From a bacterium (lineage in GTDB: Bacteria > Zixibacteria > MSB-5A5 > GN15 > FEB-12), in the NCBI GenBank assembly GCA_043811375.1, contig JBDRNJ010000004.1, forward strand, positions 32,001-96,000: a DNA stretch of 64,000 nucleotides, given 5' to 3'. The translations under genes and the position numbers were made by a program. Below the pieces are notes generated by a model, which had not been told where the DNA came from, did no database searches, and saw nothing but the letters and a program-made list of their open reading frames with translations. Shown piece after piece: positions 19,791 through 30,903 of this stretch (its first letter is position 1; each line of letters opens with the position of its first letter).

Positions 19791-19914
19791 GTCAGTAAAA
19801 GACGTCGGAACCACAGGGGGGGCCGACCTGCGAATCTGAAGACATATCTGCAGGGAGAATACTTTTCAAAGGTTAATGCAACACTTGATTTGAAGCCAGG
19901 TCATGGTTCATTGA

Positions 19915-21978
19915 TTGAGTGTAGATAAACCGTCAGAAATGTGTGACACAAAAACCAGTGTAATGCAGAAAATATCAAAGGGACATGTAGTCGCAGCTGT
20001 TTTACTGCTACTGTTGATTCTGAAGTTTGTACAACTCGACAAAGACCCTCCTTTGTTCCACTTAGGATATAGTAACGCACTACTCACTGACCCATATCAT
20101 CTGACGTTCTTCGCAAGAAACGCCGTTCTCTATGGCGACTGGAATCCTTTCGACTCGCATCGTTGGGACTACAAAATAAACTCCCTTATTTCAGGTGTTT
20201 CATACCTGTTCTTCTTAGGTTTTAACGTGTCAAGAGTGACAGCTAATTTGGCGGCAGTGATACTGCAGTGTGGAGGATTTCTTTTTTTCATCCTTGGAAT
20301 CTATCGATTCCGCGGTTTGCGTGAAGTTGGTCTGGCTGCGTTACTCCTGCTTATCAACAGCTCGCTCTTTTTTTATGGGCGTCTGCCATTCCTGGAAAAT
20401 GGACTGATTTTTATTAGCGGTTTGACGTTTCTTATTTTTGTCAGATATCATAACCGATACTGGGGTCAATTCCTGTCGGGAGTACTTATCGCACTGGCAG
20501 CTTTAAGCGGTAAGCTTTTTGGCTTTATCTTGCTCGGACCTGTGCTCATCTCTTTGTTTTATATGTACCGTAAGCGAGTAGTTGTTCCGGTCGTGGTTAC
20601 AGTGGGTGGTTTGTTGATCGGTACGGCTACTTACATTCTAGCTTTCTACGGTAGACATGTATCGGCACTGGTGAGCTATTACAATCAACAATCGGTGGGG
20701 ACGTATGGTCTGCCTCCTGGATTTTCATCAATTGAGAATTTCTTTGTAATGCTGGTTACATATGGTAGTGAATCCGGCATCTGGCAGCACATGCCGTTCC
20801 TGCTCTTCTTGACCGCGGTAAGTTTTATATTAGTAACTATGGTTATTCCGTATACCGGAAAGCCCAAGATCGAATACCTGCCGGTGATTTTCTGTGCTGC
20901 GTGGCTTGCCAGCGGAATTCTCGGTCTTATGCCGTTTAATTATAGACCCTTGCGATACACATTGTTTCTCTATCTGCCGATTTCTGCAATTTGTGCATTC
21001 GGCATGCGGTTAATTATGGAAAAGAGAATGAAGCTTGGACTTCATTCTAAATGGATTTCTCTGACATCCGTATTTCTCGTGTGTTGGTATACAACTTTTC
21101 AAATCACCATATTGTTATGCTCGAGAGGCCGTAAGTTCTATGCGGGAACTGAGTACATTCTAGCTATGATGATAATCGCTATTGTGATCACGTTACTAAC
21201 GCTGATATGGCTTCGAAAAGACCATAAAGTGATTTCTAATCGTTTTTTGCAGATACCGTTTGGTGTGATATTTCTTTGGGTCATTGTCAATCAAGGGATC
21301 TATCTTTTTGATGGTCTTACAAAACCTGGGAGATACTTAGAACGGTACAATACAGAGCTTAGCCAGATCGTGAGTAAGAACGCTGTTATCACCGGACCTT
21401 TTACCCCGGCCCTCACAATAGACAATCGATTACAGGGGATTATCTATATGTTCGGCTTTTCAAATGTCGAGTACGGATTGTTTGAACGATTCCCGATATC
21501 GCACGTAGTCAGCGATCGTTCCAACTGGACTCGAGCATTGAAGGATTTCCCATTTTTGAAAACTGCTACGAAAATCGCTCAGATGGTGGTCAAGAATGAT
21601 GCAATAGACCTATATCGATTACCCCATACGGATGTCCCTTTGACTGATTTTGAGCAAGGGGTGATTTTGCTGGAAGGTGAATATCCGGAATCATCACTTG
21701 TCTATTTTGAGCGCTTCAGTGAAAAATACCCTGAGAATTTGCTGGGGAATATGCACTTGACTATGGCTCTCTATGTAAGTGATTCTACGGATAAAGCTAT
21801 TGTAATTCTCAATGAGTTGATAGACAGGCATCCTAATAACTACATGCTCCATGGCTTCTGCAAAGGATTTTACTACCGACTTTACAGAGATACTGAAGAT
21901 TCAAAATACCTTCAACTTTCACAGAGTCATGAACGTAAAGTGCGACAATTAAACCCCGATGTTCCTGGAGCACACTAA
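19915..21978 (+). CDS. GT-C fold (ArnT/PMT-like) polytopic membrane glycosyltransferase with TPR-like C-terminus; AT-richer; start uncertain (19963 possible)
   Basis: About 12 hydrophobic segments; N-terminal loop DPP...TDPY..FARN; helical C-terminus. Confidence 0.6.
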   Translation: MSVDKPSEMCDTKTSVMQKISKGHVVAAVLLLLLILKFVQLDKDPPLFHLGYSNALLTDPYHLTFFARNAVLYGDWNPFDSHRWDYKINSLISGVSYLFFLGFNVSRVTANLAAVILQCGGFLFFILGIYRFRGLREVGLAALLLLINSSLFFYGRLPFLENGLIFISGLTFLIFVRYHNRYWGQFLSGVLIALAALSGKLFGFILLGPVLISLFYMYRKRVVVPVVVTVGGLLIGTATYILAFYGRHVSALVSYYNQQSVGTYGLPPGFSSIENFFVMLVTYGSESGIWQHMPFLLFLTAVSFILVTMVIPYTGKPKIEYLPVIFCAAWLASGILGLMPFNYRPLRYTLFLYLPISAICAFGMRLIMEKRMKLGLHSKWISLTSVFLVCWYTTFQITILLCSRGRKFYAGTEYILAMMIIAIVITLLTLIWLRKDHKVISNRFLQIPFGVIFLWVIVNQGIYLFDGLTKPGRYLERYNTELSQIVSKNAVITGPFTPALTIDNRLQGIIYMFGFSNVEYGLFERFPISHVVSDRSNWTRALKDFPFLKTATKIAQMVVKNDAIDLYRLPHTDVPLTDFEQGVILLEGEYPESSLVYFERFSEKYPENLLGNMHLTMALYVSDSTDKAIVILNELIDRHPNNYMLHGFCKGFYYRLYRDTEDSKYLQLSQSHERKVRQLNPDVPGAH

Positions 21979-21991
21979 AATGGACGGGTGA

Positions 21992-22075
21992 CGGGTGGCT
22001 CGCGGTGAGTTTCTGTTCCATTTTATACTCAGGTTATAGTAGGAACTGTAAACGCACCTCAAGAGGTGCGTCACC
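21992..22075. repeat. REP doublet, copy 1 (second copy at 40074-40164)
   Basis: Shares GCGGTGAGTTTCT and AGGAACTGTAAACGCACCTCAAGAGGTGCG with the 40-kb copy. Confidence 0.8.
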
Positions 22076-22338
22076 TGATTTGTCGGGTTTCTTGTCCCGC
22101 TGCGCGCGACCGCGGACCTACAAGACTTACACCCGGCAGAGACAATAGATGTGCCCTCGGCACCCGCTACGCGATTAAGGCGGCTTGCCGCTCGGAACTG
22201 CAGGGATCCCGATCTACGAATCTACCGGATATACCATAGTAACTACAACGCCCGCCACTTATCCCTTGATTAAACGCATCTCTGCCGTTTTCTTTGCGTA
22301 CCAAGACACAACCGATAGACCCTGACACCGAGGAATGA

Positions 22339-24642
22339 ATGAAAAAGTGGCCGGTCATTATCACCGCACTCCTGCTGCTCACGCCCGGCGCAGCGCTCTC
22401 GCAGACACCGGCCAAAGACACTCTGCGCGGAACGATCAAAGGCAGCGTCATCGATGCCGTGACGAAATCACCGATCATCGGGGCCAGTGTGCTGGTGGTC
22501 GGCAGCCAGCGGGGCGCCGCCACCGACGAACAGGGTGCGTTTACTATTTCCCGGGTGCCTGTCGGCAGCTACTCACTGACCGTGCGCAGCCTGGCCTATC
22601 ATCCACTTACCAAAACGGACATTATCGTCAGGCCCAGGAGAACCGCTTTCGTGACGGCGGAACTTCAGCACACTACGTTGGAAGTGGAAGGAGTCGAGGT
22701 GCGTGGCGGTTATTTCACCGAGTCGCCATCGCAACCGACCGGCGTGACCGGGTTTTCAGCGGAGGAAGTGCGACGCTCACCCGGCTCGGCCGGTGATGTC
22801 AGCCGGATTATTCGCATCCTGCCCTGCGCCGCCAAAGTCAACGACCAACTCAACAGCCTTGTAATCAGAGGCGGCAGTCCGGTAGAGAACGGCTTCTACC
22901 TGGACAATATCGAGATACCCAATATCAATCATTATCCCGTACAGGGATCATCCGGCGGTCCGATCGGGTTGCTGAATGTGGACTTTATCCAGGATGTTAC
23001 TTTCTCCGCCGGTGGTTTCTCGGCCATCTACGGCGACCGACTGTCATCCATCATGGACCTGAAGTTCCGCGAAGGCAACCGCGACGAGTTTGACGGTCAG
23101 TTGGATATCCACTTTGCCGGTTTCGGTCTGGCCGCCGAGGCGCCGATCGCAGGAGGGCGAGGTTCTTGGCTGTTTTCGGCCCGACGTAGTTTTCTGGATT
23201 TGCTGGTGGATGCTATCGGCACCGGCGTTGCTCCGCGCTACAGCGACTACCAGGGCAAGCTGGTGTATGATATTTCCCCTCAGAACAAGATTACGGTGCT
23301 GGGCGTCCTGGGCGTTGACTTCATTGAGTTTGAGAAAGAGCAGTCCGAAGAAGACGGCAACATAATCTACGGCAAGTGGGACGGCAACGAGTGGGCGGCC
23401 GGCATGAACTGGCGTTATCTCTGGGGCTCTCAGGGATACTCCAGTACGTCGCTGTCGTTTCTATCCACAACCTATAAGGGAATGATTTTCGAGACCAAGT
23501 CCGATCAGATATTGACCGGCGAAGACGCCGTCGAACAATCCGTTCAACTCAGAAACGTCAATGTCTATCAGATTAACGAAACCAACTACCTGGAATTTGG
23601 CGCCGAGGGTAAGATTATTACAAACGACTACGATCTCCTGGTTGGTAAATACACCAACGCTTTCGGCGATACTGTATCGGCTCTGATCCTCCACGAGCGG
23701 GTGGAGTCGCCCAAGGCCGGACTGTTTGCCAGTTACACGTTGCAGCCGATGAACCGGCTCAGCACCAGCCTGGGACTGCGCTACGATTATTTTGAGTACA
23801 ATAACCGCACCCACATTTCGCCCCGGTTTTCTTTTTCATATCAAGTTTCCCCGCGCTGGTCATTAAATGGTGCCAGTGGCATTTATAATCAGAACCTGCC
23901 GACCAGCCTGCTGGTACTACGAGAACGAAACCGGCAACTGAAAGACCCGATTGCCCGGCATTACATTCTGGGCGTCACCCATTTGCTGACCGAAGATACC
24001 AAGCTCACCCTGGAGGGTTATTATAAGGAGTACGATAACTTCCCGCTCGACACCAATCAGTCGGAGCTGTTCATAGCCGACGAAGTTTTCTACCGTGGCT
24101 TTTTTGGCACCTATGACGGGCTGGTCGACGAAGGCCGGGCGCGAGCCTGGGGCATTGAAGTGACTCTCCAGAAGAAGCTGGTGCGGGGGATGTACGGAAT
24201 GGTCAGCGGTTCGTATTTCAAATCTCGTTACCGCGACCTGGATGGAATCTGGCGTGATCGGGTGATCGACAATCGCTTTGTGTTCGGTGTCGAGGGCGGT
24301 TATAAACCGAACAACCGCTGGGAGTTCAGCGTACGCTGGATACTGGCCGGCGGTCCCCCGTATACGCCTCTTGATCTCGTTGCTTCCAGCGTCATCAACC
24401 GCTCTATTCTGGATAGCACCCGGGTCAACCAGGAACGGTATCCCGACTACCATTCGATGAACCTTCGGACCGACCGCCGTTTCCATTTCAGCGGCTCCAA
24501 CCTGATACTTTATTTCTCGGTCTGGAACATCTACAACCGCCGGAACGTCTCGACCTACTACTGGAATGAGATTGAGCAGAAACAGGACGCCCTTTACCAG
24601 TGGAGCCTGCTGCCGGTTCTGGGAATGGAATTCGAGTTTTAG
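22339..24642 (+). CDS. TonB-dependent receptor with N-terminal carboxypeptidase-regulatory-like domain
   Basis: Signal peptide; plug motifs IRGGSPVEN and GGFSAIYGDRLSS; barrel ending in Phe. Confidence 0.92.
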   Translation: MKKWPVIITALLLLTPGAALSQTPAKDTLRGTIKGSVIDAVTKSPIIGASVLVVGSQRGAATDEQGAFTISRVPVGSYSLTVRSLAYHPLTKTDIIVRPRRTAFVTAELQHTTLEVEGVEVRGGYFTESPSQPTGVTGFSAEEVRRSPGSAGDVSRIIRILPCAAKVNDQLNSLVIRGGSPVENGFYLDNIEIPNINHYPVQGSSGGPIGLLNVDFIQDVTFSAGGFSAIYGDRLSSIMDLKFREGNRDEFDGQLDIHFAGFGLAAEAPIAGGRGSWLFSARRSFLDLLVDAIGTGVAPRYSDYQGKLVYDISPQNKITVLGVLGVDFIEFEKEQSEEDGNIIYGKWDGNEWAAGMNWRYLWGSQGYSSTSLSFLSTTYKGMIFETKSDQILTGEDAVEQSVQLRNVNVYQINETNYLEFGAEGKIITNDYDLLVGKYTNAFGDTVSALILHERVESPKAGLFASYTLQPMNRLSTSLGLRYDYFEYNNRTHISPRFSFSYQVSPRWSLNGASGIYNQNLPTSLLVLRERNRQLKDPIARHYILGVTHLLTEDTKLTLEGYYKEYDNFPLDTNQSELFIADEVFYRGFFGTYDGLVDEGRARAWGIEVTLQKKLVRGMYGMVSGSYFKSRYRDLDGIWRDRVIDNRFVFGVEGGYKPNNRWEFSVRWILAGGPPYTPLDLVASSVINRSILDSTRVNQERYPDYHSMNLRTDRRFHFSGSNLILYFSVWNIYNRRNVSTYYWNEIEQKQDALYQWSLLPVLGMEFEF

Positions 24643-24716
24643 ACGAGGCACCAACGAGCATTTGACTATCCCCCGGTTGCTGCGTATATTCGGTTCCATG
24701 CTTAAGGAGTAGGGCA

Positions 24717-26369
24717 ATGAAACCGAAGAGTGTCAAGGCCGCCCACGGCACGAAATTATCTTGTAAGGGATGGCACCAGGAAGCCGCCCTGCGAATGCTC
24801 AACAACAACCTCGACCAGGAAGTGGCCGAGAAACCAGAGGAGTTGATCGTCTACGGCGGCTCCGGTAAAGCGGCCCGCAACTGGGACGCCTACCAGGCCA
24901 TCGTCAAAGCGCTCAAGTCGCTGAAGAACGATGAAACTCTTTTAGTACAATCAGGTAAACCGGTCGGGATATTCCAAACTCACGACTATGCCCCACGGGT
25001 ACTGATCGCCAATTCCCACCTGGTACCGGCCTGGGCTACCTGGGAAAAGTTCAGGCAACTGGAAAAGCTGGGCCTGATCATGTACGGCCAGATGACGGCC
25101 GGAAGCTGGATTTATATCGGCACCCAGGGGATTATCCAGGGGACCTACGAGACGTTTGCCGCTGCCGGTGTTCAGCATTTTGGCGGCGACCTGGCCGGCC
25201 GGTGGATTCTCACCGGCGGCATGGGCGGCATGGGCGGCGCTCAACCGCTGGCGGCCACGATGGCCGGTGCCTCGGTGTTGGTGGTTGAGGTCGATGAAGC
25301 CCGTATAAACCGCCGTATCAAGACCGTTTTCTGTGACGTCAAGGTCAAGCGGCTGGACAAAGCCCTGAGCCTTATCAAGGAACACCAGAAATCCAAAGAG
25401 CCGATATCGATCGGACTGGTCGGCAACTGCGCCGAGATTTTCCCGGAAATCTTCAGACGCGGCATCGTCCCCGACATGGTCACCGACCAGACCTCGGCCC
25501 ATGACGAACTGAACGGATATATTCCCGAGGGCCTGACCGTCACCGAGTCCGACCGCCTGCGCAAAAAGGACCCGCGCAGCTATATCGAACGGTCCTATGA
25601 ATCGATGGTCAAGCATTGTGCGGCGATGCTGAAATTTCAGAAAGCCGGTTCTATCGTTTTTGACTACGGTAACAACCTGCGTGGGCAGGCCAAATCGGCC
25701 GGTCTGAAAAACGCCTTCGACTATCCCGGTTTTGTGCCGGCCTATGTCCGTCCACTTTTCTGTGAAGGTAAGGGCCCCTTCCGTTGGGTGGCGCTGTCAG
25801 GTGACCCCAGGGATATTGACGTCACCGATCAGATTATCCTGAAGCATTTCGCACACAACAAGTCGCTGGTGCGCTGGATTGAAATGGCACGGGAAAAGAT
25901 TCCCTTCCAGGGTCTGCCGGCACGCATCTGCTGGCTGGGTTACGGCGAGCGAGCCAAGTTCGGCGATATCATCAATGACCTGATTAAAAAGGGCCGAATC
26001 TCGGCACCAATCGTCATCGGTCGCGATCATCTCGACGGCGGCAGTGTCGCCTCCCCCAATCGTGAAACGGAAGCCATGCTCGATGGTTCCGATGCCATTG
26101 CCGACTGGCCGCTGCTTAATGGTCTGCTCAATGCCGTCTCCGGAGCCAGTTGGGTTTCTATCCACCATGGCGGCGGGGTGGGGATCGGCAATGCCATCCA
26201 CGCCGGACTGGTGATTGTCGCCGACGGAACCAAAGAGATGGCGGTTCGCCTTAACCGGGTTTTGACCAATGATCCCGGCACCGGAGTCATGCGGCATGTC
26301 GATGCCGGTTACAAAGATGCAACCGGTTTTGCCCGGAAGCACAAGATCAAGATCCCCACAATGAAGTGA
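24717..26369 (+). CDS. hutU: urocanate hydratase
   Basis: [21 protein letters not shown] and HHGGGVG motifs. Confidence 0.98.
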   Translation: MKPKSVKAAHGTKLSCKGWHQEAALRMLNNNLDQEVAEKPEELIVYGGSGKAARNWDAYQAIVKALKSLKNDETLLVQSGKPVGIFQTHDYAPRVLIANSHLVPAWATWEKFRQLEKLGLIMYGQMTAGSWIYIGTQGIIQGTYETFAAAGVQHFGGDLAGRWILTGGMGGMGGAQPLAATMAGASVLVVEVDEARINRRIKTVFCDVKVKRLDKALSLIKEHQKSKEPISIGLVGNCAEIFPEIFRRGIVPDMVTDQTSAHDELNGYIPEGLTVTESDRLRKKDPRSYIERSYESMVKHCAAMLKFQKAGSIVFDYGNNLRGQAKSAGLKNAFDYPGFVPAYVRPLFCEGKGPFRWVALSGDPRDIDVTDQIILKHFAHNKSLVRWIEMAREKIPFQGLPARICWLGYGERAKFGDIINDLIKKGRISAPIVIGRDHLDGGSVASPNRETEAMLDGSDAIADWPLLNGLLNAVSGASWVSIHHGGGVGIGNAIHAGLVIVADGTKEMAVRLNRVLTNDPGTGVMRHVDAGYKDATGFARKHKIKIPTMK

Positions 26370-26509
26370 GGGACCAACGATCGACACCGGAGAAGATCAC
26401 ATCCGACACCAGCCGCATATCCCGGATACAAACGCAATTCCAGCGGGACCGCTGTACACCGGGGTTAAAATTGCGTTGATCGGTCCAACCCAACAACTAT
26501 ATTGATATA

Positions 26510-27778
26510 ATGTTACCGGAAAAACGCGCTACACTGTTAGTCAAAAACATAGGTCAGTTGATTACCATGGCTGGTCCCGTTCCTCGCCGCGGCGACCAGA
26601 TGCAAGACCTTGGTCTGATCGAAAATGGCGGAGTGGCTCTCGCCGGGGAAGAAATCCTCGCGGTGGGCAGGTCCGATGATGTGGAGGGCCGCGTGCCTCT
26701 GGCCGAGGGCTGCACGGTTATCGATGCCGCCGGAGCCGTTGTAACACCCGGTCTGATTGATCCGCACACCCACCCCGTCTTCTCCATGACCCGCGAGAAA
26801 GAATTCGAGATGCGGACCCAGGGGAAATCTTACATGGAGATCGCCCAATCCGGCGGCGGCATCCGCTCATCGGTACGCGACTTAAGAACTACATCGACCA
26901 CAGTTCTCCGGGAGCAAACCAGGAAACACCTCGACCGCCTGCTTCGCCACGGTGTTACCACCATTGAGGCCAAGTCCGGCTATGGCTTGTCCACGGAATC
27001 TGAGATCAAACAGCTCGAAATCATCCGTGAGATGAACCGTTCACATCCACTTGACCTGGTACCCACCTTCCTGGGAGCACACGAGGTGCCGGATGAGTAT
27101 CGCGACCGGCGCCAGGACTATGTTGACCTGGTAGTGAACGAAATGATTCCGGCAGTTGTTCTGGAGGGTCTGGCGGAATTCTCGGATGTTTTTTGCGAAG
27201 AAGGTGTTTTCGACATCGAGCAATCGCACCGCATCCAGCAGGCTGCTGCCAGAGCCGGTCTGAAACTCAAGTTCCACGCTGATGAACTGAAATCGACCGG
27301 AGGAGCCGAACTGGCGGCTTCTCTCAATGCCGTTTCGGCCGACCACCTGGTGCACATTTCGGATAACGGTATCAGCGCTCTGGCCCAATCAGGTACGGTG
27401 GCGGTTTTGCTGCCGGGTACCACTTTCTCTCTGGGCGGCAGGCGGTATGCTCCGGCTCGCAAGTTAATTGAAGCCGGAGTTGTGGTGGCTCTTTCTACCG
27501 ACTGCAATCCCGGCTCCAGTTTCACCGAATCGCTGCCATTTATTCTGTCCCTGGCAGCTGTTCAGATGAAACTCACTGCCGCCGAAGCATTGACAGCCGT
27601 AACGGTCAATGCCGCCTGCGCCATTGACCGGGGTGGTGCTGTCGGTCAATTGGTGGAGGGTCTGCCGAGCGACCTGGTAATCTGGGATATGGCCGACTAC
27701 CGCGAATTGCCCTACCATTACGCGGTCAACCTGGCGCTGACGGTCATCAAAAGAGGTAAAGTGGTTGCGAACAACTGA
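26510..27778 (+). CDS. hutI: imidazolonepropionase
   Basis: DPHTHPVF, EAKSGYGL, HADEL, SADHL and TDCNPGSS motifs. Confidence 0.96.
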   Translation: MLPEKRATLLVKNIGQLITMAGPVPRRGDQMQDLGLIENGGVALAGEEILAVGRSDDVEGRVPLAEGCTVIDAAGAVVTPGLIDPHTHPVFSMTREKEFEMRTQGKSYMEIAQSGGGIRSSVRDLRTTSTTVLREQTRKHLDRLLRHGVTTIEAKSGYGLSTESEIKQLEIIREMNRSHPLDLVPTFLGAHEVPDEYRDRRQDYVDLVVNEMIPAVVLEGLAEFSDVFCEEGVFDIEQSHRIQQAAARAGLKLKFHADELKSTGGAELAASLNAVSADHLVHISDNGISALAQSGTVAVLLPGTTFSLGGRRYAPARKLIEAGVVVALSTDCNPGSSFTESLPFILSLAAVQMKLTAAEALTAVTVNAACAIDRGGAVGQLVEGLPSDLVIWDMADYRELPYHYAVNLALTVIKRGKVVANN

Positions 27779-27811
27779 CCATGTCGGACGTTTAAGAAGA
27801 GGATAATAATT

Positions 27812-28303
27812 ATGCCGGCGCGATACCTGCTACCACCGCTGAGTCTGTTGTTGCTGTTGGTCGGTGCCTGTGGCGTCTATACCTTCAATCCGAAAGGTAA
27901 ATCTACCGTCAGCAACATTGCAATCGAGAGGTTCGAGAACCGGACTACGGAATTCGGCCTGGCCGACCAGATGACTGATGTCGTGATCGACGCCCTTATT
28001 GCCGATGGGAACCTGAAGGTGGTTTCCTCCGACAACGCCGACGCCGTTCTGACCGGAGTGCTGGTCCAATACGAACGAAAACCGTACGAGTATGACCAGA
28101 ATGACGTCGTCGAAAGCTACTATATCGAAATGGAGTTTGAAATAGCTCTGAAGAATCCGCGTGCTGAGTCCGAAATCTGGAAAGAGAAGATGAGTCAGCG
28201 AGGAATATACCAGGTGGCGACTGAAACGGAAGAGGACGGTCGGCAGAAAGCGATCGAACTGCTGGTTGAAGCCATCATCAACAAAACTACCAAAAGCTGG
28301 TAG
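27812..28303 (+). CDS. lptE: LptE-family lipoprotein
   Basis: Lipobox VGAC followed by GVYTF; size and FENRT...ADAVLTG pattern. Confidence 0.75.
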   Translation: MPARYLLPPLSLLLLLVGACGVYTFNPKGKSTVSNIAIERFENRTTEFGLADQMTDVVIDALIADGNLKVVSSDNADAVLTGVLVQYERKPYEYDQNDVVESYYIEMEFEIALKNPRAESEIWKEKMSQRGIYQVATETEEDGRQKAIELLVEAIINKTTKSW

Positions 28304-28367
28304 GCAAATCAACTACGGTACGAGTTAACAAATGCTCCGGCGAACCAGGAACGGTAAATGATTGACA

Positions 28368-28396
28368 TTGACAGACAACACCCGGGTTGCTATCAT
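28368..28396 (+). promoter_or_regulatory. sigma70-type promoter (TTGACA-17-TATCAT)
   Basis: Consensus match 20 nt before the 28417 ATG. Confidence 0.6.
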
Positions 28397-28416
28397 CCAA
28401 CCGGCAGTAACTGAAG

Positions 28417-29358
28417 ATGAGACATTATATTCACAGCACCGTCCTACTGGCACTACTGGCTCTGTGCCTGCCTATATCGGCTCGGGAAACCAACTCCCGA
28501 GTCGGAACCAGTTCCTTTCCCTTCCTGAAAATCAATGTCAGTGCCAGGGCCGTTGGTATGGGTGGCGCCTTTACCGGGCTGGCCGACGATGCCTCGGCTC
28601 TTTATTACAATCCGGCCGGCATCGCTTCTTACTCGGACAAACAATTTGTAGCCGGTTATCATAATTACTTCGTGGATATTCAGTCCGGTTTTGTAGCCTA
28701 CACCACACCCGTGACCGAACGCCTGTACATCGGGGCCTGGGCAAGTTACCTCAATTTCGGCGAGTTCATCGAAACTAATATAAGCGGTGACATAATTGAT
28801 AACTTCTCCGGCGGCGACCTGATGACAGCTTTTACGGTAGCCTTAAAACATAACCGCAGTTTCAGTTACGGCGGCACTGTCAAGGCTATCTACGAAAAAG
28901 TTCACGATTTCTCTGCCTCCGGGATCGCAGTTGATCTGGCCGTCAAGTATTCCAGTGATCGAGATCGTTACAGCGCCGGTTTGATGGTACAGAACCTGGG
29001 CCGGCAGCTTTCAGCCCTGGGAACAGAAAAATACCGACTGCCACTGATGGTGAGAGCCGGCGGCGCCATGCGGCCCCGGTCGATTCCCGTTGTGGTCGCC
29101 GCCGATGGTATCTTCATGGTGGACAACAACCCGGTTGTCGCACTGGGAATCGAGTATTTCGAGTTCCAACCGTTCTACGCCAGGATGGGATGGAACAGTT
29201 TTGGCTCTAATTATCGTGGTGCTGATTCCGACGACGTCTGGGCCGGTTTCTCAATGGGGGTGGGATTCGATCACAATCAACTGCACATAGCCTATGCCTA
29301 CTCCCCGGCCGCTGATTTGGGTGCCAGCCACCGGGCAACTGTGACATGGAGCAGATGA
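28417..29358 (+). CDS. PorV/PorQ-family outer-membrane barrel
   Basis: FLKINVSARAVGMGGAFTGLADDASALYYNPAG signature. Confidence 0.85.
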   Translation: MRHYIHSTVLLALLALCLPISARETNSRVGTSSFPFLKINVSARAVGMGGAFTGLADDASALYYNPAGIASYSDKQFVAGYHNYFVDIQSGFVAYTTPVTERLYIGAWASYLNFGEFIETNISGDIIDNFSGGDLMTAFTVALKHNRSFSYGGTVKAIYEKVHDFSASGIAVDLAVKYSSDRDRYSAGLMVQNLGRQLSALGTEKYRLPLMVRAGGAMRPRSIPVVVAADGIFMVDNNPVVALGIEYFEFQPFYARMGWNSFGSNYRGADSDDVWAGFSMGVGFDHNQLHIAYAYSPAADLGASHRATVTWSR

Positions 29359-29359
29359 C

Positions 29360-29827
29360 ATGAAAAGCCGGATATTAAGAACCTGGCGGCCCCTGCTGGT
29401 GGTGGCCTGCCTACCGTTGCTGACGGCATGTTCCTCATCCAGCCTTTCCGACCCCAGGTCGGTGGTGATTGCTATGTTTGGCGCCATGGAAAAGGATGAT
29501 AAGCCGGCCCTGGTGCATCTTCTTGACCTGCCGGAGTTGATGCGCTTTTATAATGAAGACTACGCGCTTCAGACAAACACCCCCCGCGTTTTCCACAACC
29601 CCGAAGAAATCCTCTACGACCTGACGGGAGAAGGCGAAACTAAACGCCGCTGGTTCTCACTGCAGAGAATCATCAATAAGGTCGATATCTCAGGCGAAAC
29701 GGCCACGGTTGAGGTCACCTTCGTCGACCAGGACAAGTCCCAGGGGTACCGGACCAAATTCGGTGTGCATGTCGTCAACGGCAAGTGGAAAATATATAGC
29801 TTCAAAACAGTACGCAGCAGCCATTGA
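29360..29827 (+). CDS. hypothetical lipoprotein
   Basis: Lipobox LTAC; starts 1 nt after the upstream stop. Confidence 0.7.
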   Translation: MKSRILRTWRPLLVVACLPLLTACSSSSLSDPRSVVIAMFGAMEKDDKPALVHLLDLPELMRFYNEDYALQTNTPRVFHNPEEILYDLTGEGETKRRWFSLQRIINKVDISGETATVEVTFVDQDKSQGYRTKFGVHVVNGKWKIYSFKTVRSSH

Positions 29828-30044
29828 ACCTGGCCAGAATGCCCGAGCGCTCACCCTCCACCGGAAACAATCCTTAAACAGCAATAGCTATTGTCATAGA
29901 TATTGTCTGTTTGGGCGTGAAGCTGAATTCGTCATCCAACCCACTGTTGGCGGGGTGCGGTCGGGCTGATACTCTACAACAAACTATGCACACACTGTGT
30001 CATTTCTGAGAGCACACGTCAAGAGTGTATTTGATCGAGTTCCT

Positions 30045-30183
30045 GTAGGTCGGTGTTCCCAGGGAGGTGGCGAAGCCACTTTCACAGACCGCGATACCCG
30101 ACAATTGCCTGATAAAACCCACCCCACCGGGAAGATGTCGGGTTTCTCACAAGAGTGGCGATGCCACCGGAACGCCGACCTAC
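30045..30183. repeat. REPIN-like inverted REP pair (GTAGGTCGG...CCGACCTAC)
   Basis: 15-bp inverted ends with 14/15 match; two internal GTGGCGAWGCCAC hairpins. Confidence 0.75.
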
Positions 30184-30354
30184 CGGACCCCAGCTTTCGC
30201 TGGTGTAGCCGCCGTGGGCGACAGCTCTTGCAGACTTTAATCGGAAAGTTATTCTGACAACTGCTATAGCCTGACTGGTGCACTTGCGGTAAGAAAAACT
30301 GACGACCGGTGCAATACGGCAGTTGACAGAAAGCTATTACGGATAACCATATAC

Positions 30355-30438
30355 AAAAAAAGAGAAGCTCACCTACGGTTTCTGCCAGAGGCAGAGGGGG
30401 GAACCTCTGACTGAATTGCCATCGGCAAACTTCTCGCC
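30355..30438 (-). ncRNA. putative ~84-nt hairpin sRNA
   Basis: Promoter TTGACA-16-TATATT immediately upstream; 5' GAGAAGUUUGCC pairs with 3' GGUGAGCUUCUC; ends in U7. Confidence 0.55.
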
Positions 30439-30444
30439 GTCAGC

Positions 30445-30472
30445 AATATAGGTTTTGTCCTGAAAATGTCAA
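30445..30472 (-). promoter_or_regulatory. sigma70-type promoter of the putative sRNA
   Basis: TTGACA (30472-30467), 16-nt spacer, TATATT (30450-30445). Confidence 0.6.
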
Positions 30473-30903
30473 TCAAAAACGGACCAATACGACCCGTGAT
30501 AGTGAGACCTTCTGGATAAACTTGTCGTCATTTCTGATTTTGACGTGGGGCCGGGACCTCTCTCTATTGAACAAAGTATGTCGCTGTACAACATGCGCTT
30601 AAGGCGTTTCATCGGCGGCGGCGCGTTGCGCAGATAACCTGTGAGACCCGCCCGTTCAGCATATTTTTTCGTTTGTGACCACAGGTTACCGGATAGAACG
30701 AATAACGGAGAAACCCCGGTCTCAGAACTGTCGCTGCTGATTGGCGTTGTCTTACATAGCCATTCCATAATCGATTAAACGGAAACTACCGCCGGCGCGT
30801 CTAAATAATAGGTTGGGATAAGTTATTTGGGGTTGTGTATAACAGCCAGTGTATATATATTTATTGGTATGATTTGGCAAAGGTCCCAAGAGGAGATTTG
30901 AGG

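Noticed and set aside
29984..30768. Short ORFs (86-99 aa) in the 1-kb gap
   Set aside because: They overlap REP elements or lack SD and protein-like composition; the region is better explained as non-coding.
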